The notes under the pieces are model-generated. The model was not told the DNA's origin and ran no database searches. It was given only the letters and a program-made list of their open reading frames with translations. From Nitrospirota bacterium (lineage in GTDB: Bacteria > Nitrospirota > UBA9217), in contig CAWJQQ010000003.1 of the NCBI GenBank assembly GCA_963845065.1, positions 192,001 to 256,000 on the forward strand: a stretch of DNA of 64,000 nt. The letters run 5' to 3'. Below, piece after piece: positions 53,264 through 62,879 of this stretch. How positions within the stretch are numbered: position 1 is the first letter of the stretch; each line of letters opens with the position of its first letter. The position numbers and the translations under genes are program-made.

Positions 53264-54072
53264 CGATTCTTTGGCCGATCGCTTTCATCACTTTGAAAGA
53301 AGGTATCAGGAACAGGGCATTTTATGGCATAGCCATCCTTGCGCTTATGCTGTCAGTCGCAAATTTCCTCATTAGTGGCATGATCCCGCAGGAGGTAGGA
53401 AAAGTAGCTGTAGATTTTGCTCTGTCAACCGTATCTTTTTCCGGTCTTCTACTCGTTCTTTTTGTAGGGATTAATCTTTTGGCAAAGGACTTGGATAAGC
53501 GAACTATTTATATGGTACTTGCCAGACCAATATCCCGGTCGCAGTATATTATAGGTAAATTCATCGGGATGATCCTGCTCATTGTTGCGGTTGTTTTTTG
53601 TCTCAGCATCATTTCCAGCCTTACTATCCTTATGATCAAAATGTCATATCCTGGCTATTTCCCCAGATTTTCTTGGTCAATGGTGCTGTTGGCTCTTTCT
53701 TTTATCACCCTGTCCTTGGTACTGCTTTCCGCGCTCAGCTTTTTTTTCGCATCATTCTCATCCTCGTCATTCATTACTATGGTTCTGACTATCATCTCCT
53801 ACATAATTGGCCAATCCCTCAGCGACGTAAAGGCCCTTGTTGAATCCGCGGAAACTGTCAGCATCCACCCTTCTGCTGTAATCGTTAAATTAGTGCAAGC
53901 AGCCTATTATCTCTTTCCTAATCTGTCTTTTTTTGACATCAAGATCCAGGCTGCCCATGCGCTTCCACTTTCTTCATCATATATTTTCTGGTGCATAACG
54001 TATGGCTTGGTTTATACTGTACTAATAATATGGCTAGCAGCTCTCATATTTAGGAAAAGGGAATTGCCTTAA
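53260..54072 (+). CDS. ABC-2 permease (PilI/XapB-like)
   Basis: KRTIY..LARPISR..YI.GKF and FPNL motifs; about 6 TM segments. Confidence 0.88.
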   Translation: MTILWPIAFITLKEGIRNRAFYGIAILALMLSVANFLISGMIPQEVGKVAVDFALSTVSFSGLLLVLFVGINLLAKDLDKRTIYMVLARPISRSQYIIGKFIGMILLIVAVVFCLSIISSLTILMIKMSYPGYFPRFSWSMVLLALSFITLSLVLLSALSFFFASFSSSSFITMVLTIISYIIGQSLSDVKALVESAETVSIHPSAVIVKLVQAAYYLFPNLSFFDIKIQAAHALPLSSSYIFWCITYGLVYTVLIIWLAALIFRKRELP

Positions 54073-54929
54073 TGGGAAAGCTGTTTACTTCTTGTCTAAT
54101 CGTTATTCTATCCCTTTTGCATGTTTTCTCTTTGGAAAAGGTTGCTGAAGAAGCAAAACGTATCCAGCATGACGAAAGCGCTGCGTATGCAATTCCGTCC
54201 CAGATGTTGAAATTAACTACGCTTGAATTCCATGGTCTTGCCTCTGATTATCTTTTTTTAAAATCTTTAGTTTTCATTGGCAGCACGTTTGAAAGAAAGG
54301 AAAGACCGCGAGTCAAACCGTGGGAATGGAAATGGCTTTATTCCGTCGTCGATGCGTCGACGAGCCTTGATCCTTACTTTCTGGATCCCTATTACTTTGC
54401 GAATGCAAATTTCACTTGGGATGCATTGATGATTGATGAAAATAATCAACTTCTGGAGAAGGGGTGCAAATACAGAGATTGGGACTCCGAGCTACCTTTC
54501 TTTATTGGATTCAACTATTTTTATTTTCTTCAGGATAATTTAAATGCTCGTAAATGGTTGTTGGAAGCATCCAGGAGACCGGGAGCATCTCCGCTCTATG
54601 CTGATCTAGCTGCAAAACTCGCTTATGAGAAGAAACGCACTGAGAATGCCATCAGTTTTCTGGAAGAAATGTCAAAAAGGACGGATGATGAGGCTCTCAG
54701 AAAAAAGTATGAGATACGCTTAGATTTTTTGCGTCAAATACTGAAGGTAGAAAAGGCCATAGCGACATATAAAAAGAAGTATGGTAGAAAACCTGCCGAT
54801 ATCCGTAATTTGGTCCAAACCGGCATGCTGCAAGATATACCGACTGATCCTTACGGTGGACAGATATATTTGGATCTTGAAGGCAAGGTGAAGAGCACTA
54901 GCGAACTTCAATTAGAATTCTTACGGTAG
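54072..54929 (+). CDS. Pilus-associated TPR-like protein (PilG/XapA-like)
   Basis: N-terminal TM, ASDYLFL, LDPYF.DPY, LPFFIGFNYFY and DPYGG motifs; gene context. Confidence 0.7.
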   Translation: MGKLFTSCLIVILSLLHVFSLEKVAEEAKRIQHDESAAYAIPSQMLKLTTLEFHGLASDYLFLKSLVFIGSTFERKERPRVKPWEWKWLYSVVDASTSLDPYFLDPYYFANANFTWDALMIDENNQLLEKGCKYRDWDSELPFFIGFNYFYFLQDNLNARKWLLEASRRPGASPLYADLAAKLAYEKKRTENAISFLEEMSKRTDDEALRKKYEIRLDFLRQILKVEKAIATYKKKYGRKPADIRNLVQTGMLQDIPTDPYGGQIYLDLEGKVKSTSELQLEFLR

Positions 54930-54939
54930 TTACCAAGGA

Positions 54940-55314
54940 AGGATGAGAAAACGACTATTGCTGGCGCGCCCGTCCAGATAAGCTTTCCGCTGCGAATCTG
55001 TCCGTCCGATGTAGCTATCGCGCACGCGGAGTGTGAGGGCAGGAGCGCTGAAAGCGCCGCGTCAGGGCGGTCCTGAATAAAGGGAAGATATTTGATACGG
55101 TGCACTAAAAGACGTTGATAGACAAGTAGTGATGACTTAGGACAAGATCATTCCAGCGCGGCTCTAACCGTGGTTGACTGACGACCTGCAAATCTATCGG
55201 TGGTAACGTAGAGATGGCTCCACGAATAGGCGAGGCATCAAGGGGAAACATATTTTGCTCGCCGCATAGAGATTGCTCACGCACCTTGGTAACATCTAAA
55301 TTACATGACGTCAT
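54940..55314 (-). pseudogene. DUF4338 (DruA-like, IS-associated) gene remnant
   Basis: LEPRWNDLVLSHHYL and HRIKYL.FIQDRP.AALS in different frames. Confidence 0.6.
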
Positions 55315-55412
55315 GTTGTTTGTCTAAAGAGATTCGTTGTAGTAATAAAAAATATAAAGGTTATATTGATGAACAAGAAAGGGACGCTCGTTTTAAAAAT
55401 ATTTAGAACCAT

Positions 55413-55856
55413 TTAACTGTCTCCTTTTCTCTTCTCCTCACGCCTGATATCCAGTTTTTCCAATTGTTCAATGTTATTATGCAGACGCTCGTTTTCTTTC
55501 CTCAGACCGAGTATCATCCTGAGGATGAAACGCCAGTTCTCCGCATCCTGTAGTTTGGCATGGTTAGGATAACGCTTGACGAATTCATCAAGACTCTGCA
55601 ATGCTTTCGTATAGTCTTTATGCGGATTGTCATACAATGTTTGCACATAAGCGATCTGAAACAAGGAGTCCGCCGCCATGTCCGATCGTGGCGATTGAGC
55701 AATTATATTTTTGAATATTGTGACAGCCTCTTGATATTTCTTGTCTTTTACCAAGGCAGTAGCAGTCTTGTAATCTTTGTCAGGAGCGGACGCAACCTTG
55801 AACGTAGCGCATCCCGCCAGCGCGATCACTGCAATTATCACCAAAACCTTCTTCAC
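55413..55856 (-). CDS. TPR-containing lipoprotein with a C-terminal coiled coil
   Basis: Lipobox LAGC, TPR-like helices, tail ENERLHNNIEQLEKLDIRREEKR. Confidence 0.8.
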   Translation of the reverse strand: MKKVLVIIAVIALAGCATFKVASAPDKDYKTATALVKDKKYQEAVTIFKNIIAQSPRSDMAADSLFQIAYVQTLYDNPHKDYTKALQSLDEFVKRYPNHAKLQDAENWRFILRMILGLRKENERLHNNIEQLEKLDIRREEKRKGDS

Positions 55857-57256
55857 CCATTTCTCCTCTTATCCACGACAAAAACACTTTGAGGGATGGT
55901 TTTTGCGTAATCCTTGAGTTCGGCGGCAATCTCCGACGCTTCAAGCGGATTGACGAGATGACGATGTGCATTCGTCACTATGGCGATGGATATGGTCATG
56001 ATAGGGAACTCCATTTCAATGCCCTGCCTCGTCTTACCAAGGATGTAACCGCGCTTTTGGTCATCAGCATCGTAATATGCCGGGATACGTCGATCAAACT
56101 GTTTAATGATCTCACCGGCAATCTCTCGCATAAGATCGGGGGTTGTGATGACGACGAAGTCGTCTCCCCCTACATGGCCGACAAAATCTTCGGAAGTGCC
56201 CGTGGACTTGACCACATTCTCGATGATCTTGGCAGTTTCCTTGATGACCTCGCTGCCGTTTGCATAGCCGTACCTGTCATTGAAAGCTTTAAAGTTGTCG
56301 AGATCGAGTACGCAGAAGGCGACAGGCTGGCTTGACTCCAGCCGTTTTTTCAATACATTTTCGATGGCGATGCCCCCCGGCAGCCGTGTGAGCGGACTTG
56401 CATCAAGATACATCTCTTCTAATTTACGGAGTCGTTTTCCCATGGAGAGAAAAGCTTGCGAAAGGCTGCCTATCTCATCCTCAGTACTAATGCTCGGATC
56501 ATAATCGAAATCACCCTCAGCAATGTGTTCCGTAGCCACTTTTAATTTATGAATGGATGAAGAGATGTGATGGGTTACCGCAAGTCCGGCCAAGGCGCCG
56601 ATGAGAATGCTGAATAGGCAAAGGGTAGCCGTGGTCATAAACGCAGTACCACCGACAAGGCTGATCCCTTTCATTTTTGTATCCTGTGCAACCTTGGCGT
56701 TCACAGACAGTGTCCTTAAAGTGACCAGGAGCTTGTCGAGAACTGTCTTTAGATCACGATTTGATATTGTATAAGCCTGAGTTATGGCCCGTTTCCTGAT
56801 AAGCCGCGTTTCTTTGGTGAAAAGCACTGTGTATTTTGTGTACAGAGTATCAATGGTATTTATCGGGAGGCTGTCGTGATCTGGCAGGTTCCTGAGGATG
56901 TCGAGCCAACTTTGAAATTCCTTCCCTCGTTTAGCAAAAAGGTTTTTCATATCAGAGCTTTTAAGGATCAGAAAACTTTTTTCGTATGTGTCCTGGGCCA
57001 GCAGGGCGTCAAGCATCTTATCGGATGCCTCTTCCACGATGATGTCGACTTTGACTATACTTTTATTCAGGGTATTGATCCGTTGCAGGCTGACGAGGGC
57101 ATACGCTACGACGATGACGGTAAGCACGACTAACGTCATGTATCCCAGAAGCATTTTATTTGCAATAGACAAACGCGAGATAAGCGTGGTAGGGACTAGC
57201 TTGTCTAGTACCCTGAGAATAAGAGGTTCTGACATTTTTGATAGCCTAGAAATCAC
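55853..57256 (-). CDS. Membrane HAMP-GGDEF dinucleotide cyclase with the Hypr signature
   Basis: Two TMs, periplasmic domain, HAMP (DEIGSL), DLDNFKAFNDRYGYANGSEVI and GGDDF. Confidence 0.9.
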   Translation of the reverse strand: MISRLSKMSEPLILRVLDKLVPTTLISRLSIANKMLLGYMTLVVLTVIVVAYALVSLQRINTLNKSIVKVDIIVEEASDKMLDALLAQDTYEKSFLILKSSDMKNLFAKRGKEFQSWLDILRNLPDHDSLPINTIDTLYTKYTVLFTKETRLIRKRAITQAYTISNRDLKTVLDKLLVTLRTLSVNAKVAQDTKMKGISLVGGTAFMTTATLCLFSILIGALAGLAVTHHISSSIHKLKVATEHIAEGDFDYDPSISTEDEIGSLSQAFLSMGKRLRKLEEMYLDASPLTRLPGGIAIENVLKKRLESSQPVAFCVLDLDNFKAFNDRYGYANGSEVIKETAKIIENVVKSTGTSEDFVGHVGGDDFVVITTPDLMREIAGEIIKQFDRRIPAYYDADDQKRGYILGKTRQGIEMEFPIMTISIAIVTNAHRHLVNPLEASEIAAELKDYAKTIPQSVFVVDKRRNG

Positions 57257-57304
57257 ATCCCAAGATTAACAAATAATAATGGCATTGTCAATAATATTAT
57301 GGAT

Positions 57305-59305
57305 TTATGGCGCTTCATCCTTGATTGTGGTATCAAAAATGAAACCTCCGGATTCATCACAGAATTGGTGTGGTTCCGTACCTTCCAGATAGGCTTCACG
57401 AATTGAATTGTGGCAGCGCTCGGTGCTTAAAAGGCCGTTCTTGGGATCAACCTGCTTGAAGACAATCCCGTCCGGTACAGGGAACTCTTCGGCGTTGCGA
57501 TCGGAATGTGCCTTTTTCATGAATTCGAGCCAGATGGGAAGTGCGGCCCGCGCACCGGTTTCCTTCCGTCCAATGCTCGCCTCATCATCGTATCCTACCC
57601 AGACTCCCGCCACCAAGCTTGGTGTATAACCGACAAACCAGGCATCGCGATAATCGTTCGTGGTTCCGGTCTTCCCTGATGCGGGTCTGTCGAGCTCCTG
57701 CGCTTTCCATCCGGTGCCGTGTTCAATTACTCCTTCTAAAAGATAGGTAACAAGGTATGCGGTCTCAGGTTTTATGACTTGTTCCGGCATGGCGTCATTC
57801 GTATAGAGGACATGGCCTGCACTATCGGTAATCGACAGGATTGAGACCGGACCTAATTTCACACCGTGGTTGTCGAAGACGGCAAAAGCTGATGTAAGCT
57901 CGGCCAGTGTAACATCGGAACTACCGAGGGCAAGCGGTAAATAGTGGGTAAGGGGACTTCTGATGCCCAGCTTTCTCGCATATCGAATAATTTCATCTGT
58001 TCCAATCTTATCGACAAGCCTAACTGTGGGTACGTTTAGCGATTGTTCCAGGACTCTTCTCAGTGTAACTGGTCCCTGGTAGGTGTGCGTAAAGTTCTCA
58101 GGAGCCCAGTCTTTGTTGCGGTTTACGGTTATTGATAATGGTGAGTCGTCGAGAATGTCAGACGCACTATATCCGTGTTCTAGTGCCGCAGCGTAGATGA
58201 TCGGTTTGAAAGCTGAACCAGGCTGCCTGAGGGCTTGCAATGCGCGGTTAAACTGACTCTGGCTGAAATCACGCCCACCAACCATAGCGCGTATACATCC
58301 TGTCGTCGGATCTATGGCAAGTAGGGCAGACTGGAGTCGTTGGGATGTTCGCGGTTTCCCGTTTTGAGTCTCAATGTTCAAGAGGCCAGATTGCACAGCT
58401 TGTTCTGCGTAGGCCTGGAGATCATCGTTGATGCTCGTGTAGATATTCAGCCCGCCTGAATAGAGAATGCTCGATCCGAAGCGCTCCTCAACCTGTTGCC
58501 GCACATACTCGACGAAATACGGTGCACGACTCACAGTTTTAGAAGCTACTTGAATTGGGAGTGGTGCTTTCTTGGCCTCTTCTGCCTGTTCAGTGCTGAT
58601 GACCCCCATCGCGACCATCCGATTCAAAACATAAGCGCGTCGGCCGAGAGCGCTGGTCGGTGATTTAAACGGCGAGTAATACCGCGGCGATCTAGGGAGC
58701 CCCGCGAGTAAGGCGCATTCAGCGAGATCCAAGTCTTTGGCATGTTTCGCATAGTATATTTGTGCTGCTGCCTCGATGCCGTAAGCGCCGCTGCCAAAAT
58801 AGATTTGATTTAGATAGAGTGTTAGTATTTCCCGTTTGGTATACCGTTGTTCGATCCGGAGTGCCAAGACCATTTCTTTGAGCTTTCGCCAATAACTCCG
58901 CTCAGGTGTCAGGAATAGAACTTTAGCAAGTTGTTGCGTGAGCGTGCTGCCTCCCTCTAGAACCTTTCTCGCCCGGATGTTGCGAAACATGGCCCGGATG
59001 ACGCCATGTAGATCTATTCCGAAATGCTGGTAGAACCGCGTATCCTCGGTAGCGATGAGCGCCTTGATCATCATGTCGGGAACATCATCGAGAGCCACAG
59101 GTGTACGGTTTTCCAGGAAAAACTCGGCAAGCAGTCGGTTGGAATCGGAATATAGGCGGGATGTGATATTCGGCTTGTATTCTTCAAGCCTCTTTACATC
59201 CGGCAGGTTCCAAACGGATAAAATCATGAAGCCCATCGCGCCGCCGATGAAGACGACTGCCAGAGTCAGTAATAGATAGAAGAACAAAGTTTTCCCACGA
59301 CGCAT
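57305..59305 (-). CDS. mrcA: Class A penicillin-binding protein 1A (start placed at ATG 59305)
   Basis: EDTRFYQH, GGSTLTQQL, RKLKE, SAFK, SLN and KTGT motifs. Confidence 0.93.
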   Translation of the reverse strand: MRRGKTLFFYLLLTLAVVFIGGAMGFMILSVWNLPDVKRLEEYKPNITSRLYSDSNRLLAEFFLENRTPVALDDVPDMMIKALIATEDTRFYQHFGIDLHGVIRAMFRNIRARKVLEGGSTLTQQLAKVLFLTPERSYWRKLKEMVLALRIEQRYTKREILTLYLNQIYFGSGAYGIEAAAQIYYAKHAKDLDLAECALLAGLPRSPRYYSPFKSPTSALGRRAYVLNRMVAMGVISTEQAEEAKKAPLPIQVASKTVSRAPYFVEYVRQQVEERFGSSILYSGGLNIYTSINDDLQAYAEQAVQSGLLNIETQNGKPRTSQRLQSALLAIDPTTGCIRAMVGGRDFSQSQFNRALQALRQPGSAFKPIIYAAALEHGYSASDILDDSPLSITVNRNKDWAPENFTHTYQGPVTLRRVLEQSLNVPTVRLVDKIGTDEIIRYARKLGIRSPLTHYLPLALGSSDVTLAELTSAFAVFDNHGVKLGPVSILSITDSAGHVLYTNDAMPEQVIKPETAYLVTYLLEGVIEHGTGWKAQELDRPASGKTGTTNDYRDAWFVGYTPSLVAGVWVGYDDEASIGRKETGARAALPIWLEFMKKAHSDRNAEEFPVPDGIVFKQVDPKNGLLSTERCHNSIREAYLEGTEPHQFCDESGGFIFDTTIKDEAP

Positions 59306-59509
59306 GTGAGGCATTATACACCGGCTGCGTAAAAATGCAAAGTACCGGAGATGGATAGTAATGCTCTTGAGTTTTCTTGGTCAACATGTTATGATTCTCC
59401 CGCTTCAAAACGGTCTGTAAACGTTCTTGGATAACATGGGATTATAGTTGCTCGAAAGGACCTGGCGTTAAGCCGACAGCAGTCAAATCAAACGGAAACG
59501 GAGTGCATC

Positions 59510-60040
59510 CTGAACAAAGGTCTGATCATCGTATTTACCGGAGATGGGAAAGGGAAGACGAGCGCTGCCCTGGGAATCGCTTTGCGTGCTTATGGCCATA
59601 AAATGTCCGTCTCCGTAATCCAATTCATCAAGGGCACTAGACCGACTGGAGAGGCAAAGGCTTCGGAACGACTGGCTCCTGAACTCGAATTCATTTCTCT
59701 AGGGAGTGGATTCGTTAACTGTTTAGGGGACATGAAACCTCTGTCAGAGCACAAAAGGTCTGCGGCCAAGGCCCTGGCACTCGCACGACAGCGAATATTG
59801 TCGGGATCCTGGGATATTATCGTGCTCGATGAGATCAATACCGCGGTAGCTCTCGGCCTCATAGATGTCAAAGACGTCCTTGACCTGCTAGCGAAGAAAC
59901 TACCGACTATGCACTTAATCCTTACTGGCAGGAATGCCTGTCCTGAGGTCATTGAAGCAGCCGACCTGGTAACGGAAATGCGTAATATCAAACACCCATA
60001 TGATCGCGGTATACGCGCTCAGAAGGGGATTGACTATTAA
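59510..60040 (+). CDS. cobO: Cob(I)yrinic acid a,c-diamide adenosyltransferase; start codon anomalous
   Basis: In-frame TGDGKGKTSAALG upstream of the listed ORF; QFIKG, LDEIN, TGR and KHPY..G..A.KGIDY motifs. Confidence 0.9.
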   Translation: MNKGLIIVFTGDGKGKTSAALGIALRAYGHKMSVSVIQFIKGTRPTGEAKASERLAPELEFISLGSGFVNCLGDMKPLSEHKRSAAKALALARQRILSGSWDIIVLDEINTAVALGLIDVKDVLDLLAKKLPTMHLILTGRNACPEVIEAADLVTEMRNIKHPYDRGIRAQKGIDY

Positions 60041-60047
60041 AAGAAAA

Positions 60048-60076
60048 TTGACATTGCAGGGGTGACATGCTACCAT
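60048..60076 (+). promoter_or_regulatory. sigma70 promoter of the phoH operon
   Basis: TTGACA-17-TACCAT with an extended TG. Confidence 0.7.
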
Positions 60077-60124
60077 ATCGTAAAATTAAGTATACGGCTA
60101 CCATTATATGACGATATTCAAGGG

Positions 60125-61099
60125 ATGAAAACCACCGCAGTAAACCTTATCATAGAGAATGAACATTCGCTGCCGAGCCTTTATGGAGACAGGGACACGA
60201 ACCTCAGGTTGATCGAGAACACCTACGGTGTGATTCTGAATGCACGAGGAAACAGGATCCAGATCGAAGGCGAACAAAATGCCGTGGCAAATGTTGAGCG
60301 GCTCATTAGACAGCTTTCCGATATGCTCAGCCAGGGAATTATCACCCAGAAAGACGATGTGAATACCGCTATTCACGCCTTTTCTTCCGACCCATCATCC
60401 GCGTTGAAAGACATTTTTCAAAAAACAATTGCCGTCTCAAGCAGGAAGAGGGCAGTATCACCGAAGAACGAGACTCAACGCAAGTACATTGAAGCCATCA
60501 AACAGTATGATGTCGTCTTCGGTATCGGTCCAGCTGGCACGGGTAAGACTTACCTTGCGATGGCCACGGCGGTCTCTGCTCTCTTGCATCGGGAGGTCAG
60601 CAGAATCATCTTGGTGCGTCCGGCCGTCGAGGCAGGGGAGAAACTCGGGTTTCTACCAGGCGACCTCTACGAAAAGGTTAATCCATACCTACGTCCGCTT
60701 TACGACGCGCTCTATGACATGATTGAGACGGAAAAGGCCAACAAACTGGTAGAACGAGGTGATATTGAGATCGCACCACTGGCGTTTATGCGCGGCAGAA
60801 CTCTAAACGATTCGTTCATCATCCTCGATGAAGCGCAGAATACCACATCCGAGCAGATGAAAATGTTTCTTACCAGACTCGGATTTAATTCAAAAACAGT
60901 CATTACCGGCGATATAACCCAGATAGACCTTCCAAGCGGCAAATGTTCAGGTCTTGTCGAGGTTCAGACAATCCTCGACAATATTGAAGGGATCAAGTTC
61001 CAGTATTTCACAAACCGCGATGTTGTCCGTCATAAGCTGGTTCAGCAGATCATCAAAGCCTATGAGCAGCACGAGGCGTCGAATGAACCAAAAAAATGA
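60125..61099 (+). CDS. phoH: PhoH-family ATPase
   Basis: GPAGTGKT, RPAVEAGE.LGFLPG, MRGRT and DEAQN motifs. Confidence 0.95.
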   Translation: MKTTAVNLIIENEHSLPSLYGDRDTNLRLIENTYGVILNARGNRIQIEGEQNAVANVERLIRQLSDMLSQGIITQKDDVNTAIHAFSSDPSSALKDIFQKTIAVSSRKRAVSPKNETQRKYIEAIKQYDVVFGIGPAGTGKTYLAMATAVSALLHREVSRIILVRPAVEAGEKLGFLPGDLYEKVNPYLRPLYDALYDMIETEKANKLVERGDIEIAPLAFMRGRTLNDSFIILDEAQNTTSEQMKMFLTRLGFNSKTVITGDITQIDLPSGKCSGLVEVQTILDNIEGIKFQYFTNRDVVRHKLVQQIIKAYEQHEASNEPKK

Positions 61100-62879
61100 C
61101 GAAACAATTGTAAAACTTCTCCCTAAGAACCAGACCCTGGATGGAGACCGCGAAGATCGTCCTAAAGTAATTTCTCCTGTTCCCACACTTATTAATACCA
61201 TCATCGCACTCATTACCTCAGCGCTTCTAGCATTCGTGCTGCTTCCTCGGATTCCAATCCTTCAAAAGGGTGAGTTCGCAACGCGGACTATAATAGCCCC
61301 GTATGCGCTTTCGATTGAATATCCCGCCCCGGATAAGACAATGATTTTCTTCAAGGTGGATAAAGGAGAAGCGATTGTCGAATCTGGCCATCAAGTAACG
61401 GAGCGTGCGGCCAGAATTTTAGCTGAGATCGGTCGTCAGGAAGGAATTGGCGCCCGCTCTCAGGCCTATGTTGGATTGGCAGTATTGGTCCTTATCTTTT
61501 TTTACCTGTTTTATCGCGATATACGACGATACCGTCCCGCTTTACTTGCGGATACAAGGAAGATCCTGCTGTTGGCTCTCCTCTTGTTCCTAACGATCTC
61601 CGTATGCATAGTTGCAAAACAGTTTTATTTCTTAATTGCGGACAAGCAACAGCTGGATTTCATGACCATCGGATTTGCGCTTCCCGTAGCATCGGGAGCC
61701 ATGCTTGTATGCCTGCTCCTCGATTTTCATCTTGCTCTAGGATTCTCTTTCGTCGTAAGCGTTCTGCTAGGCATTTCTTTTCAGGGAGATCCTTTTATCC
61801 CTATCTACTATTTTATGGGTAGCGTTGTTGCCGCACTCAGTGTGATACAATGCAAGAAGAGGACCGCTGTATTAAAGGCTGGCGCTCTTACAATGTTAGT
61901 CAATTTTCTGGTTATCGGCGGTATCGACTTGTATCATGGGGAACTGCTGATGCGCGGATGGTATGACATGATCGCCGGTTTTATTAGCGCCGTCGGGGTA
62001 ACCATGATCGTCTCTGTGACACTGCCGTTTTTCGAAGCGGTCTTTGATATCGCTACGGATATAAAACTTTTAGAACTGCTTGATCCTAACCATCCACTTC
62101 TCAAAGCACTTGTATACAAGAGCCCTGGAACTTATCATCACAGCATACTTATCGGCAATCTTTCCGAAGCAGCCGCAGAAACCATAGGTGATAATCCAAT
62201 TCTGGCTCGCGTCGGGGCATATTATCATGATATTGGGAAAATTCACAAATCCGGTTACTTTATCGAAAACCAACGTGCAGTGGAGAACAAGCATGATCGC
62301 CTTATGCCCTCGATGAGTAGCCTGATTATAGCCTCACACGTCAAGGAAGGCGTTGATTTAGCCCGAGAGCACAAGCTTCCTTCTACTGTAATCGACATAA
62401 TCCAGGAGCACCATGGCACCTCGTTGATCTCCTTTTTTTATCAAAAAGCAAAAGAACTTCAGCCTTTTGTTGCCATTGCAGAAGAAGATTATCGATATCC
62501 CGGACCGCGACCTCGAACAAAAATCGCTGCAATCATTATGTTGGCCGACTCTGTAGAGGCAGCCTCGAGGACGCTAGATAACCCGTCGCTGCAACGTATC
62601 AACGCGCTCACGAACAGCGTCATTACCCGCATTTTTCTTGATGACCAGTTGAGTATGTGTGACCTTACACTAAAGGACTTGCGGGACATTTCCCGTAGTT
62701 TCAATCTAATTCTGAGTGGAATCTTCCATCACAGAATTGATTATCCCGACATCGAGTTCCCTGGAGAAAATAAGCGTAGTGATCATCAGGATAGAAAACA
62801 CACAGAAGAAAAAAAAGTTGTCATTACCAGAAATAAAAAAGAGACTCTCGATCCTGTTGATAAGACTCGGGCATCCTAA
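61083..62879 (+). CDS. 7TM-HD (HDIG) phosphohydrolase, PgpH-like
   Basis: Multi-TM region; PGTYHHS, YYHDIGK, HHGT, YRYPGP and LADSVEAA motifs. Confidence 0.9.
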   Translation: MNQKNDETIVKLLPKNQTLDGDREDRPKVISPVPTLINTIIALITSALLAFVLLPRIPILQKGEFATRTIIAPYALSIEYPAPDKTMIFFKVDKGEAIVESGHQVTERAARILAEIGRQEGIGARSQAYVGLAVLVLIFFYLFYRDIRRYRPALLADTRKILLLALLLFLTISVCIVAKQFYFLIADKQQLDFMTIGFALPVASGAMLVCLLLDFHLALGFSFVVSVLLGISFQGDPFIPIYYFMGSVVAALSVIQCKKRTAVLKAGALTMLVNFLVIGGIDLYHGELLMRGWYDMIAGFISAVGVTMIVSVTLPFFEAVFDIATDIKLLELLDPNHPLLKALVYKSPGTYHHSILIGNLSEAAAETIGDNPILARVGAYYHDIGKIHKSGYFIENQRAVENKHDRLMPSMSSLIIASHVKEGVDLAREHKLPSTVIDIIQEHHGTSLISFFYQKAKELQPFVAIAEEDYRYPGPRPRTKIAAIIMLADSVEAASRTLDNPSLQRINALTNSVITRIFLDDQLSMCDLTLKDLRDISRSFNLILSGIFHHRIDYPDIEFPGENKRSDHQDRKHTEEKKVVITRNKKETLDPVDKTRAS

